A DNA stretch of 64,000 bases, from contig OY970173.1 in assembly GCA_963707635.1 (NCBI GenBank), positions 1,952,001 to 2,016,000 on the forward strand. The letters run 5' to 3'. Position 1 is the stretch's first letter. The number at the start of each line of letters is the position of its first letter. The position numbers and the translations under genes are program-made. Shown piece by piece: positions 50,971 to 60,286 of the stretch. Origin of the DNA: Candidatus Latescibacterota bacterium. Lineage in GTDB: Bacteria > Krumholzibacteriota > Krumholzibacteriia > WVZY01 > JAKEHA01. Under the pieces are notes generated by a model that did no database searches, was not told the DNA's origin, and was given only the letters and a program-made list of their open reading frames with translations.

Positions 50971-51500
50971 GCGCGGAGACGGTGGAACGGGTTCGCGCCG
51001 CCATCCGCGACGTGCCCGATTTCCCCAAGCCGGGTGTGCTCTTCAAGGACATTACACCGGTCTTGAGCGACCCGGCGTTGTTCGTGGACATCGTGGGAAC
51101 CCTGGCCGAACGTTACCGGCCGATGGGCATCGAGAAGATCGCGGCAGTCGAATCACGCGGATTCATCTTCGGAGCGCCGCTTGCCGCGCTGCTGGGCGTG
51201 GGCTTCGTCCCGCTGCGGAAGTTCGGAAAACTCCCGCACGCGACGGTGGCGGAGACGTTCGACCTCGAGTACGGAACCGAGACCCTCGAGATCCACGCCG
51301 ATGCGTTCCGGCCCGGTGAGCGTGTGCTCGTGGTCGACGACCTCCTGGCCACCGGCGGCACGGCGGCGGCGTCGGTCAAGCTGGTGCGCAAGGCGGGCGG
51401 GCAGGTCGTGGAACTGGCCTTCGTGGTGGAGCTGGCCTTGCTCGCCGGCCGGAAGCGCCTGGTCGGGATTCCGGTATACGCGCTGGTGAAGTTCGAGTAG
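50967..51500 (+). CDS. apt: Adenine phosphoribosyltransferase
   Basis: PDFPKPGVLFKDIT, ESRGFIFG, LEYG and VDDLLATGGT. Confidence 0.98.
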   Translation: MSAETVERVRAAIRDVPDFPKPGVLFKDITPVLSDPALFVDIVGTLAERYRPMGIEKIAAVESRGFIFGAPLAALLGVGFVPLRKFGKLPHATVAETFDLEYGTETLEIHADAFRPGERVLVVDDLLATGGTAAASVKLVRKAGGQVVELAFVVELALLAGRKRLVGIPVYALVKFE

Positions 51501-51552
51501 GCTTCGCGTTACCAAGTCCTGGCACTGCATCGTGGTCTTGCCGAATCTTCGT

Positions 51553-51629
51553 GGCCCCGTAGCTCAGATGGATAGAGCAGCGGTTTCCTAAACCGTTTGT
51601 CGTGCGTTCGAATCGCGCCGGGGCCACCA
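51553..51629 (+). tRNA. tRNA-Arg(CCT)
   Basis: Acceptor GGCCCCG/CGGGGCC, GCGGT-tt-CCT-aa-ACCGT, GTTCGAATC, encoded CCA. Confidence 0.97.
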
Positions 51630-51667
51630 TTTCATTCCCACGCCCAGGCGCCGTTGCGACCTGGCCG

Positions 51668-52411
51668 CTAGTGTCTCTCCATCAACTCGATCGATTCGTC
51701 CGACACGATGGTGATCACCTCGCCGGTGCCCGGGTCCACGGCGAGAACCTCGGTGTGGTCGATGGCGCGCAGGAGCCCGTCCCGTCCGTACCACTCGCGA
51801 TGGGAATCCCTCGGCCCGTCTGTCGGCGCCGAGGCTCGAATGTCGACGCCGCGCACCCGCCCGTGCGAGGTCGTGAGTGTGTCGATGCTCTCCACGCGTC
51901 GGGTGGCCGCGCTGCCCGGCATCGCGGTCCATGAGCGGGCCACCGTGAGCGGATACTGAAGGACGGTCATCTCGGCCACGCTGGCGAGCGCCGGGACGGA
52001 CCCGGGCGGGATCGACAGGGCCACGAGCGCGCGGTAGAGGCCGGAGGCATCCTGGCGGTAGCGGCGCCACGTCGTCACGGTATCGTCGCCGCTGTCGGCG
52101 AACAACCACTGCCGCTCGACGACATAGGCCGTGCCCGCCAACTCCTCGGTGGTGAACAACTCGCGCTCGGCGTTGCCATGAAACTCGACTCTGGGTTCGA
52201 CCTCGCTGCCGTCGAAGGCGATGAAGCGAACCGTGCGCGTCCGCTGGTAGGTCCACGACTCGCCGACGCCGAGCGGGTATCGGGAAACCACCGACGACGA
52301 AGCCGGCTGGGGAGTCGTGGGATCGCCGTCGCAGGCCAGGGCGAAGAGAAGCACCACGCCCGCGAGAACTCCGAGACATCTTGCCGGCACAATGAGTGGG
52401 GAAGGCGCCAT
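51668..52411 (-). CDS. Hypothetical beta-rich lipoprotein
   Basis: ATG after AGGA; lipobox FALAC-DGDPTTP; YPLGVGESWTY and YPLTVARSWT repeats; REWYGRDGL. Confidence 0.75.
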   Translation of the reverse strand: MAPSPLIVPARCLGVLAGVVLLFALACDGDPTTPQPASSSVVSRYPLGVGESWTYQRTRTVRFIAFDGSEVEPRVEFHGNAERELFTTEELAGTAYVVERQWLFADSGDDTVTTWRRYRQDASGLYRALVALSIPPGSVPALASVAEMTVLQYPLTVARSWTAMPGSAATRRVESIDTLTTSHGRVRGVDIRASAPTDGPRDSHREWYGRDGLLRAIDHTEVLAVDPGTGEVITIVSDESIELMERH

Positions 52412-52507
52412 GTGTCGTTCCTGACGGGAACCAGCGTCGCAGTATAGGAGCGACGAAGCCACTCGTCCAGCGTTTGCTGCGATTACGCCTTCGTGCCGGA
52501 AGCGCCC

Positions 52508-53377
52508 ATGCCTTACCATGTCCCCGTGGTCAGGTTTCGGCGCGGCGGGGTCCTGCTGGCGGTCGTTTCCGCGCTCGGGTGCGGGTGCGCCGGCGGCCTC
52601 GCGCACCCGGACGCGTCGCTGTTCCCGCCGCCGCCGCGCGATGCGATCACGTTCTGGGGGCACGCGTGCTGCTATATCGACGTCGGCGGAGTCGGCGTTG
52701 TCACCGACCCCGTGTTCGACCGGGGCCTCTTCTTTCGCCACCGCCGCATTCCCGGGCCGCCCCGGTCCTCGTACGCCGGCGCGCGCGTCGTGCTGATCTC
52801 GCACGCGCACCCCGATCACTTGAGTCCCGAGACGCTCCGCACCTTCCCCGCCGGCGCGGTGGTGCTGTGCCCGGCCCCATCGGCAAAATATCTCGAGGAG
52901 GTCGGGCTCACGGTAAGGGTGATGGCCCCGGGCGATGAATTCGAGTTCGAAGGCGGGCGGATCGTGGCGGTGGCGGCGTTCCACATGGGGACGCGCTGGG
53001 GGATTCACGCACAGGCCGACGGCCGCGCGCTCGGCTACGTGGTCGAGACGCCGAAGGCGACCGTTTTTTACAGCGGGGATACGAGCTACTTTTCGGGCTT
53101 CGCGGACGTCGGGTGGACGTACGCTCCCGACGTCGCGCTGTTGAACGTGAACGGCCACCTGCACTCGCAGGACGCGAGCCGCGCCGCGTGGGCAACACAG
53201 GCGGGGGTGGTGATTCCCATCCACTGGGGGGCGTTTCCATTCTGGATCTTCGGAGGCAACAAACGCCCGCGGGACGAATCCGAGATGGCGCAGACGGTCG
53301 GCGACCGGCTGCGCGTGCTCGAAGTCGGACAGAGCGTTGCACTCGACCAGGTCTCGCACCGCCGGGCGTTGCCGTGA
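52508..53377 (+). CDS. Metallo-beta-lactamase-fold hydrolase (NAPE-PLD/UlaG-like)
   Basis: ITFWGHAC, TDPVF, SHAHPDHL, YSGDTSY and IPIHWG. Confidence 0.9.
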   Translation: MPYHVPVVRFRRGGVLLAVVSALGCGCAGGLAHPDASLFPPPPRDAITFWGHACCYIDVGGVGVVTDPVFDRGLFFRHRRIPGPPRSSYAGARVVLISHAHPDHLSPETLRTFPAGAVVLCPAPSAKYLEEVGLTVRVMAPGDEFEFEGGRIVAVAAFHMGTRWGIHAQADGRALGYVVETPKATVFYSGDTSYFSGFADVGWTYAPDVALLNVNGHLHSQDASRAAWATQAGVVIPIHWGAFPFWIFGGNKRPRDESEMAQTVGDRLRVLEVGQSVALDQVSHRRALP

Positions 53378-53397
53378 TGCGGGCCTCACGGTATAAT
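53369..53397 (+). promoter_or_regulatory. sigma70-type promoter of proline dehydrogenase
   Basis: TTGCCG-N17-TATAAT. Confidence 0.75.
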
Positions 53398-53459
53398 GCG
53401 CGGCAATCGCGCCCGATTGTTTCCGCGTCGTTGACGCATTCGCATAGAAACGGAGTCCA

Positions 53460-54356
53460 ATGAGCGTTCTGAACCGCGTGCTCGCGTCCTCGCTGCCTCT
53501 GGTGCCGAAGCCGATCGTCCGCCGCGTGGCCAGCCCGTACCTGGCCGGCGAGCACGCGTCCGATCTGCTGCGCGTAGCCACGGGCTTGAATCGGGACGGA
53601 TTCCTGGTCGCGGCGGCGATGCTGGGGGAGTTCGTGACCCGGCGGGAGGAGGCGGAGGAGGCGGTTCGCGAGTATTTGGCGCTGCTGGCTCAGTTGCACG
53701 CGGCCGGCGTCGACGGGTACATCCATGTGAAACCCACCCACCTCGGGCTCAAGCTCGACCGTGAATTCTGCCTCGCCAACATCCGGCGGCTCCTGGACGC
53801 CGCCCGGGTGAACGGTCAGTTCGTGCGCATGGACATGGAGGATTCGCCGTGCATCGACGACACGCTGGACGTGTTCCACCGGCTGCGGCGGGAGTTCGAC
53901 AACGTGGGCGTGGTCCTGCAGGCGCGGATGCGCCGGAGCATCGCCGACGCGCGCGAGCTGGCGAAGGTCAAGGCGAACGTGCGCGTGTGCAAGGGTATCT
54001 ACGTCGAGCCGCACGCGATTGCGTACACGGATCCCGAGATCATCAACCGCAACTTTGCCGCGCTGGTCGAGGGCCTGGCGGGCGCCGGGTGTTACGTCGG
54101 CATCGCCACCCACGACGAGCGCCTGGTGTGGGAAGCGGAGCGGATCATCGAGCGACTGCGATTGACGCGTGAGCAATACGAGTTCCAGATGCTGCTGGGC
54201 GTGCTGACTCCGCTGCGGCGCGTGATCCACGACGCCGGGCATCGACTGCGCGTCGCCGTCCCGTACGGGCCCAACTGGTACCCGTATTCGCTGCGGCGGC
54301 TGCGCAAGAATCCCGCGATCGCCGGCTACGTGCTGAAGTCGTTCTTCAAGGGCTAG
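53460..54356 (+). CDS. Monofunctional proline dehydrogenase
   Basis: YLAGE, VKPTHLGL, RMDMED, VRVCKGIY, IATHD, EFQMLLGV and VPYGPNWYPYSLRRL. Confidence 0.95.
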   Translation: MSVLNRVLASSLPLVPKPIVRRVASPYLAGEHASDLLRVATGLNRDGFLVAAAMLGEFVTRREEAEEAVREYLALLAQLHAAGVDGYIHVKPTHLGLKLDREFCLANIRRLLDAARVNGQFVRMDMEDSPCIDDTLDVFHRLRREFDNVGVVLQARMRRSIADARELAKVKANVRVCKGIYVEPHAIAYTDPEIINRNFAALVEGLAGAGCYVGIATHDERLVWEAERIIERLRLTREQYEFQMLLGVLTPLRRVIHDAGHRLRVAVPYGPNWYPYSLRRLRKNPAIAGYVLKSFFKG

Positions 54357-54373
54357 CGGAAGACGGGGTTTCG

Positions 54374-55201
54374 TTGAACCACCCCGACGAATACGTCCAC
54401 GGCACGACCGGCGACGAGCAAACGCGCCTGTCCCGCCTGAACGAACTCCTCAACCGGCAGTCTCTGTCGCGGCTCGGCCTTGCGCCGGGGCTCCGCGTCC
54501 TCGACGTGGGCAGCGGACTCGGGCAGTTCGCGCGCGCGATGGCGCGGGAAGTGGGACCGGGCGGGCGTGTGGTCGGGGTGGAACGCAGCGCGGTGCAGAC
54601 GGCGGCGGCGCGACAGCTAGCCGCGACCGCCGGCGAGGCCGACCTGGTCGACACGCGCGCGGGCGACGCTCACCGGCTCCCGCTGCGCGACGACGAGTGG
54701 GGGAGCTTCGATGTTGCGCACGCGCGTTTTCTGCTCGAGCACGTGGCCGATCCGCAGGCGGTGGTGGACGGGATGGTGCGGGCGGTGCGTCCCGGGGGGC
54801 GGGTGGTGCTGGAAGACGACGACCACGAGCTCCTGCGCCTGTTTCCGGCGCTGCCGGATTTCGACCGCGTGTGGCATGCCTACGCGACGTCCTACGCCGT
54901 GGTGGGGCACGATCCGTGGGTGGGTCGAAAGCTGCCGAGCATGCTCGCGCGCGCGGGCGCGACCCCGACGCGGTGCGACTGGCCCTTCTTCGGGGCCTGC
55001 CACGGCTCGGAGTCGTTCGAGGCCATCGTTGCGAACTGCCGCTCGATCCTGACCGGGGCGCGCGTGGCCATTCGCGCCGCGGGGGTGCTCAGCGCCGCGG
55101 ATTTCGAGCTTGGGATCCGGGCGTTCGACGACTGGTGCCGTACGCCGGGCGCGGCCTACTGGTACTGCACCTTCTGGGCGGAAGGCGTGCGGCCCGTTTG
55201 A
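54374..55201 (+). CDS. Class I SAM-dependent methyltransferase
   Basis: YVHG...EQTRL, VLDVGSGLG, FDVAHARFLLEHV and RPGG. Confidence 0.9.
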   Translation: MNHPDEYVHGTTGDEQTRLSRLNELLNRQSLSRLGLAPGLRVLDVGSGLGQFARAMAREVGPGGRVVGVERSAVQTAAARQLAATAGEADLVDTRAGDAHRLPLRDDEWGSFDVAHARFLLEHVADPQAVVDGMVRAVRPGGRVVLEDDDHELLRLFPALPDFDRVWHAYATSYAVVGHDPWVGRKLPSMLARAGATPTRCDWPFFGACHGSESFEAIVANCRSILTGARVAIRAAGVLSAADFELGIRAFDDWCRTPGAAYWYCTFWAEGVRPV

Positions 55202-55215
55202 CCTGACCTCCGCCC

Positions 55216-56481
55216 TCAGCGCGGCGGCAGCGTGTCCCGGAAGAAACGCTCCGCGTTCAATCCCATCACCCGCGCGATCTCCTCATCGGAGAATCCCTCC
55301 TGCACCAGCGCGTCCGTGAGGAGCGCGAGCCCGCTCGCGTCGAACGGCGTCCGCACCGCTCCGTCGAAGTCCGACCCGATTGCCACGTGCTCGATTCCGG
55401 CGACCGACACACCGCGCCGGATCGCGCGCGCAATCGCGCGCGCGTCCTCCCCGCACACGGCGGCGTTCCAGAACCCGATCGCGATCAGGCCGCCGTGCGC
55501 CGCAATGCGCGCCAGCTGGTCGTCGGACAGGTTGCGGGGGCCCGGGCAGGTCGACTGCACGCCGGTGTGGGAGACCAGGACCGGCCGCGTGGTTGCCGCG
55601 AGCACGTCGTCGACCGTCGCGGGAGACGCGTGGGCGAGGTCGATGACCCCGCCGAGGGAATCGATGCGCGCCACCACCCGGCGGCCAAACGGCGACAACC
55701 CGCGTCGGCGCCAGCCGTGCGCGGAGCCGCCGACGTCGTTGTCGAACATGTGGGCGATTCCGAAGACGCGAAAGCCGTCGGCAAACAGCGTGTCGACGCG
55801 CGCGAGGTCGCGGGCGACGGGGTGGAGGCCTTCGAGCAGGAGGATGGCTCCGACGGCGTGCCCCGCGGCGAGAGCATCCAGGCCGGCGCGCGTGGTGACG
55901 AGCGAGAGCGCCCCGTCCGAGGCCGCGACCGCGCGCGCGAGCTTCTGCGCCTGAAATCGAGCGCGGGCGAACGGGTCGAACCAGGTGCGCCGCGGCCAGT
56001 GCTGCATCACCGCCAGCGGCGTCATGACGTCGACGACATTGGGCGTGCGCCGGTAATTGGCGGCGATGGGGTTTCTGGTCGGCACCGAGAACACCTGGAG
56101 CGCGACGTGGCCGTCGACGAGGCGGGGAAGGTCGACGTGTCCGCGCGACGAACGAATCAGCAGGTCCCGGTCCCACAGCAGCGCGTCGCAGTGCAGGTCG
56201 GCGATACGCAGGCGCGCGTGCAGCGCGCGCGCGCGCGGCGTGACCTCGGGAGACGCGGTCGCATAGGTGGAGTTGAGCTGTGCGTCGACCCGGTGGGCAA
56301 GGGAACGTCCGCCGAGCCACGCGGCGCCGGCGGCGAGGACGATCACGACGAGATAGCGCCAGAGCACGGCGGGGATGGTAACACCGCGGGACCGCGCAAA
56401 AAAAAGAACGAGAGTAGTTCCCCCAACTGCCGTGACGCTAGCGCCCGTCAAGGCCCATGCGGCAACCGCTTCGCTGTCCAA
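55216..56481 (-). CDS. Membrane dipeptidase (peptidase M19) with N-terminal TM segments
   Basis: DLHCD, GHVDLPRL, LLEG, IDLAH, VSHTG, RNLSD and IGSDFDG; TTG start. Confidence 0.92.
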   Translation of the reverse strand: MDSEAVAAWALTGASVTAVGGTTLVLFFARSRGVTIPAVLWRYLVVIVLAAGAAWLGGRSLAHRVDAQLNSTYATASPEVTPRARALHARLRIADLHCDALLWDRDLLIRSSRGHVDLPRLVDGHVALQVFSVPTRNPIAANYRRTPNVVDVMTPLAVMQHWPRRTWFDPFARARFQAQKLARAVAASDGALSLVTTRAGLDALAAGHAVGAILLLEGLHPVARDLARVDTLFADGFRVFGIAHMFDNDVGGSAHGWRRRGLSPFGRRVVARIDSLGGVIDLAHASPATVDDVLAATTRPVLVSHTGVQSTCPGPRNLSDDQLARIAAHGGLIAIGFWNAAVCGEDARAIARAIRRGVSVAGIEHVAIGSDFDGAVRTPFDASGLALLTDALVQEGFSDEEIARVMGLNAERFFRDTLPPR

Positions 56482-56539
56482 TAGCTTGCGAGCAGGACGC
56501 GCACGTACAGGCGAGGGAGTACTCTCGTTGCGAAGAGGG

Positions 56540-56569
56540 AGTATAGTCAGCGACAGGCGAGATTGTCAA
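56540..56569 (-). promoter_or_regulatory. sigma70-type promoter of the dipeptidase
   Basis: Minus strand TTGACA-N18-TATACT. Confidence 0.75.
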
Positions 56570-56729
56570 TGATGCCACAATGAATGATCATACTGGCAGG
56601 ACGCCTTGATCCTAGTTTCACATGAGAAGTCAGATTAAGATGACCCGGAGGAGGGGAAGGGGAGAGAGGCTGCGGTGTTCCCAGGTGTCGCGCCTTGTCG
56701 AGCGGGCATCCAGGAACACCGCTCGGGCG

Positions 56730-56777
56730 TTAACGCCTTCTAAGAAACCAGAGCAAATCAATGAGTTCGATCCGCAT
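56730..56777 (-). CDS. Candidate 15-aa small protein MRIELIDLLWFLRRR
   Basis: ATG..TAA preceded by AAAAGGGGGTG (SD-like) 5 nt upstream; below the ORF-track length cut-off; no homology evidence. Confidence 0.45.
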   Translation of the reverse strand: MRIELIDLLWFLRRR

Positions 56778-56855
56778 GTGGGCACCCCCTTTTCGAGAGT
56801 CACCGGATTAACTCATCGGCGCGGACGCCTATCGGCGTCGCGTCGTGGCGGATCG

Positions 56856-56871
56856 TGCATACCTTGTGCCC
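56856..56871 (-). promoter_or_regulatory. Candidate sigma54 (-24/-12) promoter
   Basis: Minus strand GGGCACAAGGTATGCA versus consensus TGGCACRNNNNTTGCW; exact GG-N10-GC spacing, two mismatches. Confidence 0.45.
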
Positions 56872-56911
56872 TGGGGTAGGCCAACTGGGGTGCGTGGTTC
56901 CGAGTGATGCC

Positions 56912-59425
56912 TTAACTGGCTTTGCGATATGCAATTACGCTCGTGATGTCATCTTCCTGATTGCCCCCTCCGAAGGCCAGGACGTTCTCAAGCAGTGCAT
57001 TCTGCAGGGCCTGGGCCGGTAGGTTTCGATTCGCCCGCAGGAACGCAATCAGCCGCTCCTCGCCATAAAGCTCGCCGTCGGGGCTGCGCTGCTCGGTGAC
57101 CCCGTCGGTATAGAGGAGAAGCAGGTCGCCGGGCCGGAAGGACACCGTCCCCTCGTCGTAGCGATGGTGGCGGTTCGCTCCCAGCACGGTCCCGCCGTTT
57201 CCCAGCCGGTCGATGAACCCGTTGGTGGCGAACAGCGCCGGGCACTGGCCGGCGCTCGAAAACGTGAAGGTGGATCCGTCGAGGTCGAGCACGCCGCAGA
57301 AAAACGTGGCGAACTGCCCGGGCTTGGCGTGTTCGACGAGGTAGTCGTTGAGCTCCTGATTCAGCTCGGAAGGGGCGAGTCGTCCCTTGAGAGCGCGGTT
57401 CTTGAACACGGCCTGGAGGGACGCCATCAGCATGGCTGCCGGCACCCCTTTTCCAATCACGTCCCCGATTGCCAGCACGACCCGGTGATCGTCGAGGGGG
57501 AAGTAGTCGAAGTAGTCGCCCCCGACCTCGCTCGAGCTGACCATCTGCCCGAGTATCTCGACCCCGCGCAGGTGCGGCGACTCGGCGGGCAGGAGCGCCT
57601 GCTGGATATCGCGGGCCAGCATGACCTCGCTCTTCAGGCGCTCTTTGTCGATGGATGAGCGGATCAGGTCGGCGTTCTCGATCACCAGCGCGAGCTGGTC
57701 CGCGAAGGTCTCCAGGAGGTCGCCGTCCGCGCGCCGGTAGACGAGGCCCGATCGTTTGGGACCGAACAGGGCGAGACCCAGCAGCCGGTCCGGCGCGGCG
57801 ATGGGGACGCACACGGCCAGCGAGGGGACCGCGAGCAGCGAGCGCGAGTCGGCGTCGAGGTGCGGCCGCTCCCAGGAGCGGTCCAGGAATTCCACCATCA
57901 GCGGCGTACGGTAGCGCGTGAGGTATCGGCCGAGGAACGAGTCCGGGTTGAACGACTCCGGCAGCGGTGGGGCGGCCTGGTAGACGCGCTCCCGGCGCAG
58001 GTCGTGCTCTTCGCCCTTCAAGTAGATCGCGACGAAGGAGGGATGCAACAGCGCCTCGCAGCGCTCGAGGAAATGATCCACGATCTCGTCGCGGGTCAGC
58101 GTCCGCGCGACCCGGCGGCCGAAATCGACGACCTCCTGCTGGTAGGTGAATTCCACTCGATAGAACATCCGGTCGACGGCGCCCTGGATCCGCTGGCGAA
58201 TGGGCGCGAATACGATCGCCAGCACGAGCACCGCGATCGGCAGCCAGACAAACTCGCTGACGCCGAACTGGCGGGAGAGGAACGCGCCGGCGGTCTGCAC
58301 GACGACGTAGTAGCCCGCCGCGAGCACGCCGGTGAGCACCGCGTACACGAGGCTCTTGCGCACCACCGTATCCAGCTCGATCGCCCCGTGCTTGAGAATG
58401 GCGTAGGCGAACGTGATCGGCACGAACCCGAGGCAAAGCGCGGTGAGGATGGTCGCCGAGTCCGCCGACCCGGGGCGTATGGCTGAGTAGAGCGTGGCCG
58501 CGAGGAAGGGGCCCAGACCGACGACGGTGCCTGCGATTACGACGCGGAGTTTCTGCTTCTGCGCGCCGGGAGCCGTTCGGTAGGACCGGATGACGATCAC
58601 CAGCGACGCGACCAGGTACGCGGCGAAATACGCGGTCGACAGCGCGAGCACCACCGTTTCCGCGGTCTCGCCCGGCGAGTGGAAGCTGAAGCGGCGCACG
58701 GTGACGAACGCGCTGACGGCGAGGATCGCCACCGGCGGCAGGTAAAGCCACACCGAGCGCCGCACGGGCGATCCGTTTTCCCGCGGCCCCCGGTCCGGAA
58801 AGCGCAGGAAGAAGTGGAGCAGTACCGCGGGGAAGAGGAGCATGACCGCGTCCCAGAAGAGTTCGCCGCCCAGCTGGAAGGCGGTGCTCTCCGTGGACGG
58901 GCGGTCGGTCAGGAAAAATGCGAGCATCCACGAGTTCACAGTGAAGAGCGTGCCCAGCACGTCGTTGCGCCGGACGAAAACCCCGAGCCCGACGGCCAGG
59001 AACGCGATCGCGGTCACGAGCAGCACCATGCGCTCGAGCAGGAGGTTCTGGGGCACGGTGGCGTACCGCACCGTCTCGCGCAGTGCGACGCCGTGGCGGT
59101 GGAGCTCGTACGTCTGCGGCGCGTGCGCGGCGTTGCGGGTGACCGCACTCTGGTAATGGGCGCGATTGCGAAGGCGCTCGCCGTCCACGGCGACGATCAC
59201 GTCGCCGGGCTGAATGTTCGCGGAGGCGTTGGGGCCGTCGGCGGCGACACGCTGCACGACGAGGTTACGGGTCTCGATGCCGGAATACGGCGCACTCCAG
59301 CGCTCGCGCAGCCCGGGGAACTCGAGGACCACGACGGCCAGGAGGAAGAGCAGCAGCGTCGGCCGGAAAACCGAGGCGATTCGGTGATGGGTGCGGGCCG
59401 GTTGGGCCCTGGACGGCGAGTTCAC
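56912..59425 (-). CDS. Membrane-bound PP2C/SpoIIE phosphatase with PDZ, multi-TM and GAF domains
   Basis: GTG start after GGAGGA; PDZ (ADGPNASANIQPGDVIVAVDG); many TM helices; GAF (VPIAAPDRLLG); PP2C motifs VGGDYFD, IGDVIGKG, YTDGVTE and DDIT. Confidence 0.92.
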   Translation of the reverse strand: MNSPSRAQPARTHHRIASVFRPTLLLFLLAVVVLEFPGLRERWSAPYSGIETRNLVVQRVAADGPNASANIQPGDVIVAVDGERLRNRAHYQSAVTRNAAHAPQTYELHRHGVALRETVRYATVPQNLLLERMVLLVTAIAFLAVGLGVFVRRNDVLGTLFTVNSWMLAFFLTDRPSTESTAFQLGGELFWDAVMLLFPAVLLHFFLRFPDRGPRENGSPVRRSVWLYLPPVAILAVSAFVTVRRFSFHSPGETAETVVLALSTAYFAAYLVASLVIVIRSYRTAPGAQKQKLRVVIAGTVVGLGPFLAATLYSAIRPGSADSATILTALCLGFVPITFAYAILKHGAIELDTVVRKSLVYAVLTGVLAAGYYVVVQTAGAFLSRQFGVSEFVWLPIAVLVLAIVFAPIRQRIQGAVDRMFYRVEFTYQQEVVDFGRRVARTLTRDEIVDHFLERCEALLHPSFVAIYLKGEEHDLRRERVYQAAPPLPESFNPDSFLGRYLTRYRTPLMVEFLDRSWERPHLDADSRSLLAVPSLAVCVPIAAPDRLLGLALFGPKRSGLVYRRADGDLLETFADQLALVIENADLIRSSIDKERLKSEVMLARDIQQALLPAESPHLRGVEILGQMVSSSEVGGDYFDYFPLDDHRVVLAIGDVIGKGVPAAMLMASLQAVFKNRALKGRLAPSELNQELNDYLVEHAKPGQFATFFCGVLDLDGSTFTFSSAGQCPALFATNGFIDRLGNGGTVLGANRHHRYDEGTVSFRPGDLLLLYTDGVTEQRSPDGELYGEERLIAFLRANRNLPAQALQNALLENVLAFGGGNQEDDITSVIAYRKAS

Positions 59426-59527
59426 CGGTGTCCTCCGAGCGGGTGCGGGATCGGGGTGGATGAAGCGTGAGGACCCGGCGCACGCGGTGTCAACGGTTTT
59501 CACCGTCGGGGGCGGCCGAGGAAGCGC

Positions 59528-59556
59528 TTGCAGGGAGTCGACCCGTATGCTAGTCT
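59528..59556 (+). promoter_or_regulatory. sigma70-type promoter of the TPR gene
   Basis: TTGCAG-N17-TAGTCT with TG extension. Confidence 0.6.
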
Positions 59557-59606
59557 AGCGATTCTAAACAAATTAGGGCCCCGGTAGCGAGGAGATTTTC
59601 GTAACC

Positions 59607-60272
59607 ATGACGACCACCGCACGACGCGCGAAAAAGAGCCTGAAAGAAGACCAGCTGGTCACCACCACCTTCCGGCTGACGGAATGGGCACAGGAGCATT
59701 TCAACCAGGTCATCATCGGCGTGGTGGCGCTGGTGGCCGTGGTGGCGGTGCTCGTATTCGCGTCTAACAGCCGGGAGAGCAGCGCGCGGGACGCGGAACG
59801 CGAGATCGGCTCGGCGCTCCTCCTGTACCAGCGGGGCGAGTTCGGTGCGGCGGGGACGACGTTCCAGCAGATCTACGATCGTCACAAGGGCAAGCAGGCG
59901 ACGGCGGCGAGGTTCTTCAAGGCCGAGTGCGACCTGCGCCTGGGCAACTACCGGCAGGCGGTCGACGAATACGACGGCTATCTGGAGAAGCGCGCCGACT
60001 ATCCGCTGTTCGAATCAGCGGCGGCGATCGGAAAGGCGCTCGCGTGGGAGGGTCTTCAGAACTATCCCGAAGCCGCGAAGACGATGGCGGAGGCGATCAA
60101 CACGCTCCCGAAGGAAGACCCGCGCTATTTTGATACTGTGTTTCAGGCCGCTGATTTTTACATGAAGGCCGGAAACTCAAGCGAGGCCCTCAAGTTCTAC
60201 GAGGTGGTGGCGGCGGACGGCACCGGCGAGCTCAAGTCGCGTGCCTCGGTCGCCGTCGCGATGCTGAAGTAG
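59607..60272 (+). CDS. Single-TM TPR protein (YfgM-like)
   Basis: KKSLKEDQLV, one TM helix, TPR helices; SD GAGGAG. Confidence 0.8.
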   Translation: MTTTARRAKKSLKEDQLVTTTFRLTEWAQEHFNQVIIGVVALVAVVAVLVFASNSRESSARDAEREIGSALLLYQRGEFGAAGTTFQQIYDRHKGKQATAARFFKAECDLRLGNYRQAVDEYDGYLEKRADYPLFESAAAIGKALAWEGLQNYPEAAKTMAEAINTLPKEDPRYFDTVFQAADFYMKAGNSSEALKFYEVVAADGTGELKSRASVAVAMLK

Positions 60273-60286
60273 TAACGCGCGAACCC

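Noticed and set aside
56622..56879. 85-aa plus-strand ORF in the intergenic gap
   Set aside because: No SD, no family features and Arg-rich low-complexity composition; the minus-strand signals explain the region better.
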